Under the pieces are notes generated by a model, which worked only from the letters and a program-made list of their open reading frames with translations, made no database searches and had not been told where the DNA came from. From assembly GCA_963836235.1 (NCBI GenBank), contig CAWIIP010000004.1:224001-288000 (forward strand): a stretch of 64,000 nt of DNA, in the 5' to 3' direction. Source of the DNA: an uncultured Pseudomonadota bacterium. Lineage in GTDB: Bacteria > Oederibacteriota > Muellerivitia > Muellerivitales > Muellerivitaceae. Shown here in pieces: positions 1 through 9,442 of the stretch; position 1 is the first letter of the stretch; each line of letters starts with the position of its first letter. The position numbers and the translations under genes were made by a program.

Positions 1-237
1 GAATTAACTTATAACAACAAAGGTGTCTATTTTGAATCCGGTTTTGCCCGAGGTTTAGGTATGCCAGTTTTTCATTTAATTCGCGATACACATATAGACG
101 GGAATGATAATGAAGGGAAAAAGATTCATTTTGATATTCAACAAGTAATGTATCGTAAATGGAATGACCCACAGGAATTAGAAACGGAACTGGATTCTTG
201 GATCTTCGGTACTATTGGCCCTTTTGAAAAATCCTAA
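1..237 (+). CDS. C-terminal part of a nucleoside 2-deoxyribosyltransferase/TIR-like domain protein (5' end outside window)
   Basis: Frame +1 is open to TAA at 235-237: ELTYNNKGVYFESGFARGLGMPVFHL...IHFDIQ, matching the NxGVYxExGxAxGLGxPV motif of NDT-like proteins. Confidence 0.7.
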   Translation, partial: ELTYNNKGVYFESGFARGLGMPVFHLIRDTHIDGNDNEGKKIHFDIQQVMYRKWNDPQELETELDSWIFGTIGPFEKS

Positions 238-265
238 AAGAAAAACGAAAGGGGCTCAATAAAGC

Positions 266-448
266 TTATTCCCTGGATTTCGCCTCGAAAGAATGATCCC
301 TAATCCTTTTCTTGATTGATTTGGTTAGTTGGATTTCCCAATACCGAAACCAAGTTTTTTGACCTTTTTTGGATTTATGGTGGGGAAAGGTAGGGGCTAT
401 CAGGTATCCAGCAAGGTCAATGGCTAAGTCTTCAACCGGTTTTTCCAC
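266..448 (-). CDS. small hypothetical protein
   Basis: 60-aa ORF divergent from the XRE gene; no recognised motif. Confidence 0.3.
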   Translation of the reverse strand: MEKPVEDLAIDLAGYLIAPTFPHHKSKKGQKTWFRYWEIQLTKSIKKRIRDHSFEAKSRE

Positions 449-666
449 TTTGAAACCTCAGTCGTTTTCTGGCCCAAATAAACAATACCGCATGGAACTA
501 GGAACTCGGTCTTTACCTTCGTAAACAATATGTCCTATCCGCCAGCGTGTCACCCGAAGGCATTTCAAAAGGGCAAAATCGGAATTAAGGGCAAAGGTTG
601 GGTAAATAGCCCCAAGTCGGCCATTCCTAAAGAAATATAGAAAATCAGACTCCAAAGTGTCCTCTT

Positions 667-697
667 TTATAACAATATCTATAGATATTTCTTATAA
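667..697. promoter_or_regulatory. palindromic operator upstream of XRE gene
   Basis: Perfect palindrome AATATCTATAGATATT (674-689) flanked by TTATAA on both sides, ~30 bp before ATG 726. Confidence 0.5.
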
Positions 698-725
698 TAA
701 CCTCCTCCCACATATCTTGTAAAGC

Positions 726-950
726 ATGAAAAAGTCCAAATACGTTGAAGTCCTAAAGTTTGGAGATAATGTCAGGCGTTTACGGATAAAAAAAGGTTTT
801 ACCCAGGAAGATTTGGCCGAATTAACGGGATTACAAGCCGCTTATATCGGTTTTGTTGAAAGGGGAATAAGGTCTCCATCAACTCGGACCACCGCCAAGC
901 TTTACAAGGCTTTGGGTTGCAAGCCCAACGACTTGTTCAAGGGAGTTTAG
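726..950 (+). CDS. XRE-family HTH regulator (R-M controller C-protein-like)
   Basis: FGDNVRRLRIKKGFTQEDLAELTGLQAAYIGFVERG HTH_3 signature, 74 aa. Confidence 0.85.
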   Translation: MKKSKYVEVLKFGDNVRRLRIKKGFTQEDLAELTGLQAAYIGFVERGIRSPSTRTTAKLYKALGCKPNDLFKGV

Positions 951-1088
951 TTGTCCGCGAACGGTCAGTCCTGTCAAAAAGGAGGCTGATTTTAAAAAAC
1001 AACTCTTTTAAATTTCTGCTCTTGCCCAGAAGGTTTGAAAGTTTTATTATTTTATTAAGGAAGGTTTAACCTGTGTAGGCGGCAGATA

Positions 1089-1559
1089 ATGAAACTTTTA
1101 GGCGATCTTTTTTCCAACATATTTCTTATTGGCCTTGTAGTTTTCCTTGGCGTCTTTTGCTTGATGATGGTCTTGGGCGGTATTGCTTTTATCGGCAGGA
1201 TTTTGTTTTACGTTTTTTATCCCCTCTATTTCCTAACATTAAAACCGGCCATTTGGGCATTTAGTTCAATTTTTCAAAGTCGTTGCCCTCAATGCAAAGG
1301 GTTCTTCAAAAGAAAGTTAATCGATTTTGAAGTCGCCAGCGAAGAGGAAATTAGAAAGACAGTAAACCGCATTGATCGGGGAACCATCTATTCCAACAGG
1401 CTTTTTGTTCCAAACATGGGTTATGAAGCCAACCGTAAGGAACAGGTAACCGTAATTCAAAAGACGATTCAAAACCATTGGGAATGTAAAAATCCTACTT
1501 GCGGTCATAAGTGGCTTTCCGAAGAATTCATGGAATACGAAGGTTCCTTGGAAAATTAA
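1089..1559 (+). CDS. membrane protein with C-terminal zinc ribbon
   Basis: Hydrophobic N-terminus, CPQC...CKNPTCGH. Confidence 0.65.
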   Translation: MKLLGDLFSNIFLIGLVVFLGVFCLMMVLGGIAFIGRILFYVFYPLYFLTLKPAIWAFSSIFQSRCPQCKGFFKRKLIDFEVASEEEIRKTVNRIDRGTIYSNRLFVPNMGYEANRKEQVTVIQKTIQNHWECKNPTCGHKWLSEEFMEYEGSLEN

Positions 1560-1687
1560 TAGTTAGTCCCTCGTCCTCTACAATCCCGGTCTAATTAAGT
1601 TAAATACCCAAAATGTCTTTTGGTTGATTGCGCCGAAAAGGTTAGAATCGTTTGGCGTTTGAAACCTAGAGGGTTGGGGGTTCTTGA

Positions 1688-3307
1688 ATGGGTTCAATAT
1701 ATTTAAACGGGTTGAATGTCGAGCAAAGGAAAGCTTTGGTCGAAAAGTTATTTAAAACACAAAATGGTAAGTGTTTTATTTGTGAAAAGGAAATTGACCT
1801 AACTCTTCATTCTGATTCGGTTGACATAGACCATGTAGAACCACAAAAAGTTGGGGGAAAAGATGATCCGAGTAATTTTGCTTTAACCCATGATTCCTGT
1901 AACAGATCGAAGCAAGCAAGTGATCTGCGAGTTGCAAGAGTTCTTTCTCGTTTCGAAAAGATTAAAGAAGAAGTAGAAGCGGCAGTAAATCGTGGCCCGA
2001 ATTTAAGTGATGTTCTGCAAAGGTACCAAGGGGCAAGGTACGACCTCCCAATGAAAATTGAAGACGGTTACATTTCTTTTTCTTTTCCAGATTTAAAGAT
2101 TAATCAAATTGTTAAAGTTCCCTTATATAAGGATGAATTAAGCGGCCTTCAATATTTTTTTGCAAAATTACCAATTGAATATTTGTTCCATGATGATCGT
2201 GTTAATCCGAGATCAGTAGGAGGAAGTCTTCATGGATTGGTGGAGGAGTTTCATAGGAAACGACCCCAACTTCAAATTGGATTGGCTTGGTCCGAATTAA
2301 AGGGAAGCGACGTTCGAGGAAAAATTCAAGTTTTCGATGGACAGCATAAAGCAACCGCCCAAGTGTTGCTTGGGACCAGGGAAATTCCATTACGAGTTTT
2401 TTTAAACCCCAATTTAGATATTTTATTAACGACAAATACGAATGCAGGTACTACGTTACGCCAAGTGGCTTTTGACAAATCAGTCCAAAGACACTTGGGG
2501 AGCGCATTGTTTGCGGATCGAATTCAAAGGTATCGAAAAGACCGTGGTTTGAAAGATGACGATGAGAATTTTTCTGAAAAAGATCTTGTCAATCACTTCA
2601 GGGGTGAATGGCGAGAAATGAGAAAATACATTCTTGATGCGGTAAGAGATTACATTACTCATAACGTAGAAAATAAATTAAAAGATTATGTGGATTTCGC
2701 CGGCAAAGGTAAGGAGAAGCCTTTGTCATATAGCACAATGGAAAAAACATTTTATTCTTTTTTTATTTTACAAGAAGCTTTGGAAACTCCTTTAAATTAT
2801 CGTTTAGATGAGAATGAAAACCCTCGGGAGTTAGAGAAACAACAAATATTGCAATTGATGAATTTAATTGCTGAAAAAATTTATATCGGTCGTTTTGACC
2901 CTGCATTAGGTACAGCTAGAATAGAAAACAAAATTCAAAAAGGCGAGGATGTTCCCGAACCACATTTGATAGCTTATCGGTTGAGTCGTGAAGAAATAAT
3001 TTATACTTGGTTAAAGATTGTGAGAAACATTGCGCATAATTATTTCATCATGACCGGAAAATCAATCCATGAAGAAAAACTCTTTCAATACAAGTTTCCT
3101 GAACCTTTATGGGACAATATTGAGAATTTCCTTGTGAATTTAACCAAGATGCCATTATGGATTAACCGGGATCTTTCTTTATCAGTGTTTGGCGGTAAAC
3201 AAAATAATGAATATTGGCAAACGATTTTCGAGACTGGAAAGACACCATCCGGACAAGCGGTTTTACCGGCGGGTGTAAATTTCATTAAAATGATTCAACA
3301 AAGTTAA
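1688..3307 (+). CDS. HNH endonuclease fused to a ParB/Srx-like DGQH(R) domain (putative defence nuclease)
   Basis: N-terminal CFIC..DIDHVEP..GG.DD.SN...TH.SCNRSK (HNH); central VFDGQHK motif. Confidence 0.75.
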   Translation: MGSIYLNGLNVEQRKALVEKLFKTQNGKCFICEKEIDLTLHSDSVDIDHVEPQKVGGKDDPSNFALTHDSCNRSKQASDLRVARVLSRFEKIKEEVEAAVNRGPNLSDVLQRYQGARYDLPMKIEDGYISFSFPDLKINQIVKVPLYKDELSGLQYFFAKLPIEYLFHDDRVNPRSVGGSLHGLVEEFHRKRPQLQIGLAWSELKGSDVRGKIQVFDGQHKATAQVLLGTREIPLRVFLNPNLDILLTTNTNAGTTLRQVAFDKSVQRHLGSALFADRIQRYRKDRGLKDDDENFSEKDLVNHFRGEWREMRKYILDAVRDYITHNVENKLKDYVDFAGKGKEKPLSYSTMEKTFYSFFILQEALETPLNYRLDENENPRELEKQQILQLMNLIAEKIYIGRFDPALGTARIENKIQKGEDVPEPHLIAYRLSREEIIYTWLKIVRNIAHNYFIMTGKSIHEEKLFQYKFPEPLWDNIENFLVNLTKMPLWINRDLSLSVFGGKQNNEYWQTIFETGKTPSGQAVLPAGVNFIKMIQQS

Positions 3308-3366
3308 TCGAGATTTAAAACTTAAATTTCCAATTTAGATAAATTAGGAAAAATGGGAGTGTTTTT

Positions 3367-6300
3367 TTGTCTATAAAGAGGTTGGACAAAGCCTTAACAA
3401 ATATTTTTAAATCCTATTTACGGGATGTTAAAAGTCTCTTAAATGAGTCTGCGAAAACCCACCGTTTTGTTGCTTTGGTATCCGAACTCTTTCCAGGAAA
3501 CCCCGTAATTAGTGATCTTGCATCGAGCATAGAAAAGAACACTTTGCGAATTGATGAAAATAAGAAGCTTGCAAAGGGACGTATCGATTCTTATTACGGA
3601 AACGCAGTTATTGAATTCGAAAATTCTTTAAAGGTCACAGGCGCTCATGCTGAGGAACAACTAAAAGGGTATGTTGCTGGTATTTGGATTAAAGAACATC
3701 CAAAGCCCGGAAAGGAATTTCGACCTTTAATTGCAGTGGCTTCTGATGGAATTGTTTGGCGAATTTATCGACCGGTATTTGTTTCCTTGGATAATGGAAT
3801 CCCGAATGTCAGACTTGATAAACTTCAGGATTTCATTCTTACAGAAGATAACCTGGATGAATTTTGGGTTTGGCTTACGAGTTTTTTATTTAGGCCACAG
3901 CAAATTGAACCTACCGCGGAACAATTTAGAAGAGATTTTGGAGCTTCAAGTCTGGCCTTCAACGAGGGGAAAGAGGCGTTAAGACAAGCATGGAAAGAAG
4001 CTCAAAAAAACAAAGAAATACTTTTAGCTTTTGAAACTTGGAAAAAGTACCTGACCTTCACTTATGGTCGGCTATCCTCCGAAGACGATTCTCAACTTAA
4101 CAATGAACTTGTTGAATTGTTTTTAAAACATACTTACTTAGCTTGTTTGGCAAGGCTACTAATTTGGGCTTCGCAGTCGAAAGGGAAAGTCGGAGAAGAT
4201 ATAAGAGGAATGATTCATCAGATCATTTCCGGGGTTTATTTTGTTTCAAGAGGATTAGCCAACTTAGTAGAGAATGATTTCTTTCAATGGACTCGTGGTG
4301 AACAAGCCGACATTATCCTGTATCCCATTTGGGAAAGGATACTTGTTCAATTACTAACTTATGATTTGCGGTCAATGAAGGAGGATGTATTTAAAAGTAT
4401 CTACCAAGAATTAGTTGACCCAAAAGACAGGCATGATTTAGGGGAATATTACACACCGGATTGGTTATGCGAACGATTAGTCGAGGAATTATTGCCTAAA
4501 AGGGGGTTCGTATCTGTTTTGGACCCAAGTTGTGGGTCTGGTTCATTTTTAAGAGCGTCAATTTCTCATCTCCTAAAAAATAACCCTGGATTATCCAAAG
4601 AAGAAAAGCTTAACCAAATTCTCCAAAATGTTGCCGGTATTGATATTCACCCTTTGGCTGTCACGATTGCGAGAGCAACATATGTTTTGGCACTTGGGGA
4701 CCTTATGGCGACAGTAAAAAGACCTATTAGGATTCCTGTTTATATGGCGGATTCACTTTTCTTACCAGCGGATGTTACTCAAACAAGCATTTTTGAAGAT
4801 GAAAGTATTGGGATAGAACTTAGTTTCGGCGGGGAAAAGGTAATTATCCCGGATGAATTAGTTAAAAATCCTGATCTGTTTGACAAAGCAATTTCCTCCT
4901 CCACAAAAGTAGCTGTCGATCACGCCATTTCCGGGAAAGAGAACTTAAATAGTTTGAAAAGCTTCTTAGAAAAAGAAGCTCCGGCAATTGGTAAATTTAA
5001 AAACAAAAAGAGTGTTTATACTTCTTTGTGGTCTTACGTTGAAAAACTTACCAGGTTAATAACTTTAAAGCAAAATTCAATTTGGGATTTCATCATAAGA
5101 AATGCTTATAGGCCTGCCATGATAAGAAACCATTTTGATGTAATTTTAGGAAACCCCCCTTGGTTGTCGTATCGTTACATTGAGAACCCCGAATACCAAA
5201 AAGAAATTAAACGACTGGCAGTTGATGAATATAAAATCGCGCCGAAATCACAAAAACTTATTACCCAAATGGAATTGGGTACTGTTTTTTTGGCACATAG
5301 CTTAACGGCGTTTGGAAAAGAAAAGGCAAAGCTTGGTTTTGTTCTCCCGAGAAGTGTTTTAGGGGCTGACCAGCATTCAAATTTAAGATTAAGAAAATAT
5401 TTTGCCCCTATTCGTTTGACTGGGTATTGGGATTTAAAAGGTGTACACCCGTTATTTCGGACTTTATCTTGTGTCCTTTTTGCAGAACACAATGAAAAAA
5501 AGGGGAGTATTGGGGATAGTCTTGATGTCTTGGAATGGGAAGGTGCTCTCGAGGAAAAAGATGTTCGATGGGAAAAAGCCAAAAAATCCCTGAAAGTTGT
5601 AAAGGCTCTTGGACGAGTCAGATTTCACGGCAATAGCAATGCTTTCACTACAAAGGAAGGAAGTTTAGAAGAACAAAAGGTAAGTACGTATTCTGCCCGG
5701 TTTAAACAAGGGGCAACACTTGTTCCCAGAAATTTTTATTTTGTTAACGTTAAAGATTTAGGGAAAAAGGTCGAACCGAATAAACTTTATTGGGCAGAAA
5801 CAGATCCTGAGCAAGCAAAGCAATCAAAGCCAACTTATAAAGAAGTAAGAATGAGCGGTCATGTCGAAGGACGATTCATATTTTCTACGGCTTTGGCAAA
5901 ACACTTACTCCCGTTCGTTTTATTGGACACCCCAAAGGTCGTATTGCCTTCAGAATACAAAAATGGATATTTTAATGTTGTTACTTCAGAAGAATTGAGA
6001 CAAAACGGTTTTAGAGAAATGGCAGAATGGATGTCGAAAGCGGAGAAGATTTGGAACAAAAAGAGGGAAGACAAGGCTATAAACCAAACGGCTTATGAAA
6101 GAATTGATTATCAAAAAGGAATTTCTGCCCAAAGTTTAAATCAAAGATACCTTGTACTTTATAATGCGGCAGGGAAAAACATTTCTGCTGCTTACTTTGA
6201 TAGGAGCACCTCTCCATTGCCTTTTATTGTAGAGAGCAAACTTTATTGGATGGACTGCGCTTCAGTTGAAGAATGTGATTATGTCAGCGCCATCTTAAAT

Positions 6301-6588
6301 TCTGAGATAGTGAACGAAAGTATGAAACCATTTCAATCCGCAGGATTACTTGGCGAAAGAGATATTCACAAAAAAGCTCTTGGATTACCAATACCCGCAT
6401 TCGACCCAAAAAATATTTTGCATAAGGAAATTGCTGATCTTGGTAAAGCTTCTAGAATTAAAGCGGCGACTTTGGTAAATCCGAAATTTCTCGAATCATC
6501 TTTAGCGAAACAAAGAGGAAATATTAGGGAAGGTGTAAAAGAAATTCTTGATAAAATTAATCCTTTAGTTAAAGGCCTTATTACTTAG
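3367..6588 (+). CDS. type IIG/IIL-like fused restriction endonuclease-N6 adenine methyltransferase
   Basis: GEYYTP, DPSCGSG (motif I), NPPW (motif IV); N-terminal GRID..(x)IEFE nuclease-like motif; C-terminal TRD-like region; 1073 aa. Confidence 0.85.
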   Translation: MSIKRLDKALTNIFKSYLRDVKSLLNESAKTHRFVALVSELFPGNPVISDLASSIEKNTLRIDENKKLAKGRIDSYYGNAVIEFENSLKVTGAHAEEQLKGYVAGIWIKEHPKPGKEFRPLIAVASDGIVWRIYRPVFVSLDNGIPNVRLDKLQDFILTEDNLDEFWVWLTSFLFRPQQIEPTAEQFRRDFGASSLAFNEGKEALRQAWKEAQKNKEILLAFETWKKYLTFTYGRLSSEDDSQLNNELVELFLKHTYLACLARLLIWASQSKGKVGEDIRGMIHQIISGVYFVSRGLANLVENDFFQWTRGEQADIILYPIWERILVQLLTYDLRSMKEDVFKSIYQELVDPKDRHDLGEYYTPDWLCERLVEELLPKRGFVSVLDPSCGSGSFLRASISHLLKNNPGLSKEEKLNQILQNVAGIDIHPLAVTIARATYVLALGDLMATVKRPIRIPVYMADSLFLPADVTQTSIFEDESIGIELSFGGEKVIIPDELVKNPDLFDKAISSSTKVAVDHAISGKENLNSLKSFLEKEAPAIGKFKNKKSVYTSLWSYVEKLTRLITLKQNSIWDFIIRNAYRPAMIRNHFDVILGNPPWLSYRYIENPEYQKEIKRLAVDEYKIAPKSQKLITQMELGTVFLAHSLTAFGKEKAKLGFVLPRSVLGADQHSNLRLRKYFAPIRLTGYWDLKGVHPLFRTLSCVLFAEHNEKKGSIGDSLDVLEWEGALEEKDVRWEKAKKSLKVVKALGRVRFHGNSNAFTTKEGSLEEQKVSTYSARFKQGATLVPRNFYFVNVKDLGKKVEPNKLYWAETDPEQAKQSKPTYKEVRMSGHVEGRFIFSTALAKHLLPFVLLDTPKVVLPSEYKNGYFNVVTSEELRQNGFREMAEWMSKAEKIWNKKREDKAINQTAYERIDYQKGISAQSLNQRYLVLYNAAGKNISAAYFDRSTSPLPFIVESKLYWMDCASVEECDYVSAILNSEIVNESMKPFQSAGLLGERDIHKKALGLPIPAFDPKNILHKEIADLGKASRIKAATLVNPKFLESSLAKQRGNIREGVKEILDKINPLVKGLIT

Positions 6589-6655
6589 TATTAAGATTAT
6601 TCTGAGCTTGACCGAGACTTAATTTGGTAGTTCGGCACCAAATAAATAAATGGTT

Positions 6656-7141
6656 TTATTTTAAAAATTCTTTAGCCAATTCCTTTGCGTTGTAAACCAA
6701 ACAAGGCCATGTCCCTCCATCTTTTGGGGGTATTTGAAAAACCCAAAACATGAGTTTCGCATTATCATCGGGTAAAATAAGTAATCGAAGTTGTTCCTTT
6801 GTAAAACCCCGGACTACATAATTTCTTTTATCTTGTTCTGAACGGGTGGAACGAAAAATTTCTGCATCTGTTTCTCTGAAAAAAATAGGCATTGCCATTT
6901 TGAAAGGCGTTGGTCCCACAAGCAATACATAATAGTTCCCAGTTATTCTCCCCTTGGACAATTCCATCAATCCCCAAAATGGCTGACCTTCCACGTTTTC
7001 ATCAGGTAATAGTTTTTTTATTCGTTCACGAAAATCACTTAAAAATTCCTTTTTTTCTGTTTCCGACAAAACCCTATGGGGTGAAAAATTCCATTTAAAT
7101 TGTTTTGCAAAAAACTTTAGGTATTGCATTAAAGCTTTCAT
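6656..7141 (-). CDS. hypothetical protein, coupled to XRE repressor
   Basis: 161-aa ORF overlapping the stop of the upstream XRE gene by 4 nt. Confidence 0.6.
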   Translation of the reverse strand: MKALMQYLKFFAKQFKWNFSPHRVLSETEKKEFLSDFRERIKKLLPDENVEGQPFWGLMELSKGRITGNYYVLLVGPTPFKMAMPIFFRETDAEIFRSTRSEQDKRNYVVRGFTKEQLRLLILPDDNAKLMFWVFQIPPKDGGTWPCLVYNAKELAKEFLK

Positions 7142-7404
7142 TTTGGGTCTTTGTCCCTTTTGGGATTCGAATCATTGGGGAAAAAATCATGTATTGAACA
7201 ACACAAAGCTTTCGCAAGCCTGTACAAGACCCAAGTTGGAATTTGGATTACTTTTTTACGTTCCCAACGTTGAACCGTCCTGGGCGCCACTTCCACCTTT
7301 CCAGCAAGATCCTCCTGAGTGATCCCTTTTTTGATCCTCATTTCGGCTATCCGATGTTGGATTTCTTTTAAAAATGAATTTTCAGAAGGGCTTAAATTGG
7401 ACAT
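7138..7404 (-). CDS. XRE-family repressor divergent from the T4SS operon
   Basis: RIKKGITQEDLAGKVEVAPRTVQRWE HTH; likely start ATG 7404, preceded closely by TACTAT (possibly leaderless). Confidence 0.8.
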   Translation of the reverse strand: MSNLSPSENSFLKEIQHRIAEMRIKKGITQEDLAGKVEVAPRTVQRWERKKVIQIPTWVLYRLAKALCCSIHDFFPNDSNPKRDKDPK

Positions 7405-7436
7405 TTTTGAATAGTATTTCACGCAAAATACTCTTT

Positions 7437-7457
7437 CCACGACCTCTGGGGTCGTGG
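7437..7457. promoter_or_regulatory. inverted-repeat operator in divergent promoter
   Basis: CCACGACC-N5-GGTCGTGG between the XRE gene and the operon start. Confidence 0.45.
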
Positions 7458-7576
7458 TAAAAATTTTTGAATAATTGAGAATTACCTCCAAGTCATTCGG
7501 GCAAAAACCATTAGAAAGCTCAAATAAAGCTTTCGGTTTAACGGGGGAGGCCCGCCCTGGACTTATGGAGGGTTAT

Positions 7577-8665
7577 ATGAAAAAGAATTCCGCTATCATT
7601 TTGGGAATATCGCTGGTCGTAATTTCCGCTTTTATTTGCTCAATAGGCTGTAAAAACAGCGGCCCTTCAACCCCTTACGATATTGGATTTACCCCAACCC
7701 CTGTCCGTATTTATGGGCCAGTTAATGCCTTTGTTGAGGATAAAGGGATTGCTGTCCCCAACCTGTTGGTTCAGGCGATACCCCCTTCCGGTGTGACAAT
7801 CTTCAGCCAATCCACCACGGCAAGCGGGATTGCAACCTTTAACCCGCCTTATCTTGAATTGGGGAATTGGACTTTTGTGGTTCCGGCCCAAACCCCGTTC
7901 CCCTATGCCCCTAGCACCATCACCATGCCCGTGTCAGTCGTCAATGAAACGGCCAACTTCAACACGGCGGGGGCTACAATTTATTTGACCCCGACTGTGC
8001 CGGAATCTTTCACTTCAACCAACCCCGGCTCCCCCTATACCTACAGCATGATTTACAGCCAGCCCGGAAATTTGTTCATTCCGGGAAAAATCGCCTTTTC
8101 CGGATTTCCAACAAATTGGAGCGCGTCTTACGGACCAGCGACGATTGGATATGGGAATTCCGACACCGGCTCCGTTACTGTTGTTGGTGTCAATTGTGTG
8201 GACAGGCAACCCAGTTTCGCAGTGACCGCTCTCGATTTGGAACCAACGCCTTATCCCCGCGCCAACAGTTCACCACAGACCATCACCAAAAGTTTCACAT
8301 CGACGGTCACCGTTACTTGGAACACGACTGGGTTGAATTCCGATTTCTGCAACAACGGAACTGCAATTGGAATCGTATATGGAACCCTTACTGTTTCAAC
8401 TTCCAATGCTTGTTCTTACGATGCCGTTGTTTCAGTTTCAATGAACGCGGGGAATTGTTGTTACAGCCAATTCCAGACACCCAATGGAAACGTCTCAGCC
8501 GCGAATTGTGGCGGGGGTGGAGTTAATTTTGGACCGGGGTCCTATAACTGCACTGTCCTGAGTGGTGCCACTTGGGGAGCCCTTAATTGTTCCTTCAACG
8601 GTGTCTCACATACCGTGAACGTTCCGACATCGGGTTCTGTCCAGCTTTTAAGCACAAGTTACTAA
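7577..8665 (+). CDS. Cys/Thr/Ser-rich surface lipoprotein (adhesin-like, Ig-like folds)
   Basis: GGAGG RBS, signal peptide with lipobox-like SIGC, beta-rich composition, paired Cys in C-terminal domain. Confidence 0.7.
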   Translation: MKKNSAIILGISLVVISAFICSIGCKNSGPSTPYDIGFTPTPVRIYGPVNAFVEDKGIAVPNLLVQAIPPSGVTIFSQSTTASGIATFNPPYLELGNWTFVVPAQTPFPYAPSTITMPVSVVNETANFNTAGATIYLTPTVPESFTSTNPGSPYTYSMIYSQPGNLFIPGKIAFSGFPTNWSASYGPATIGYGNSDTGSVTVVGVNCVDRQPSFAVTALDLEPTPYPRANSSPQTITKSFTSTVTVTWNTTGLNSDFCNNGTAIGIVYGTLTVSTSNACSYDAVVSVSMNAGNCCYSQFQTPNGNVSAANCGGGGVNFGPGSYNCTVLSGATWGALNCSFNGVSHTVNVPTSGSVQLLSTSY

Positions 8666-8677
8666 GGGGCCTGGATT

Positions 8678-9433
8678 ATGAAATATCTACCGGCACTTTT
8701 ATTGATTTGTTTGATTTATGGATGCGGAAAAGGCCCTTCTGGACCGACCGGGCCTCAAGGTTCCCCTGGTACGGGTATCCCTTCATTTCAATTGGAATTC
8801 GAGCAAGGGATATTTCCCGACGCCGGATATTCCGGAGTTGACACCCACTGGCTGGATGGAAGCAATCCCAATACAGCGCCGGGTACGGGGGAGATTGAAG
8901 TAGCCACCGGAACAACCACCTCGAATGTGGCTTTGGGGTTAGTGAGGTTCGACCTTTCTTATGGCATTCCATCAAACGCCACAATCACCGGCGCAAGTCT
9001 GGAATTAACAACCGAAACCGGTTCGATCCTTTCAGGCGGGACTTATGTTTTTGGCATCCATCAAGTCATCCAGCCACCTGCCGGGCAGGTGCCTTGGAAC
9101 GACTCAAGTACATGGAATGTTTTGGTAACCCCATATGGTTGGGACGGGGGGACCAGTTCTCCCGTTACGGCGGGGGCCGATTACAACTCGACCCCGATGG
9201 ACGCTGTGACTGTTACCGCCTCGCAGGTCAACGCAACCCAAATTCTCCTAGCTTGGAATATCACGCCTGCCCTTGCCCAGGTTTGGGTGAACAAAGCCAA
9301 TAACAATTACGGAGTTTTGATTTCGCCGGAACCAGAAATAAGCGGGTCGGTTTCAGGCTTTATTTCGTTTTGGGATAACACGGGGAACTCCCAACAAAAA
9401 CCAAAGATGATTGTTTCTTACACCATTCCTTGA
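8678..9433 (+). CDS. lipoprotein with short collagen-like repeat and DNRLRE-like domain
   Basis: IYGC lipobox, GPSGPTGPQGSPG, LVRFDLS..IPSNATITGASLEL, NNYGVLI, KPKMIVSY. Confidence 0.75.
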   Translation: MKYLPALLLICLIYGCGKGPSGPTGPQGSPGTGIPSFQLEFEQGIFPDAGYSGVDTHWLDGSNPNTAPGTGEIEVATGTTTSNVALGLVRFDLSYGIPSNATITGASLELTTETGSILSGGTYVFGIHQVIQPPAGQVPWNDSSTWNVLVTPYGWDGGTSSPVTAGADYNSTPMDAVTVTASQVNATQILLAWNITPALAQVWVNKANNNYGVLISPEPEISGSVSGFISFWDNTGNSQQKPKMIVSYTIP

Positions 9434-9442
9434 GGTGGATAT

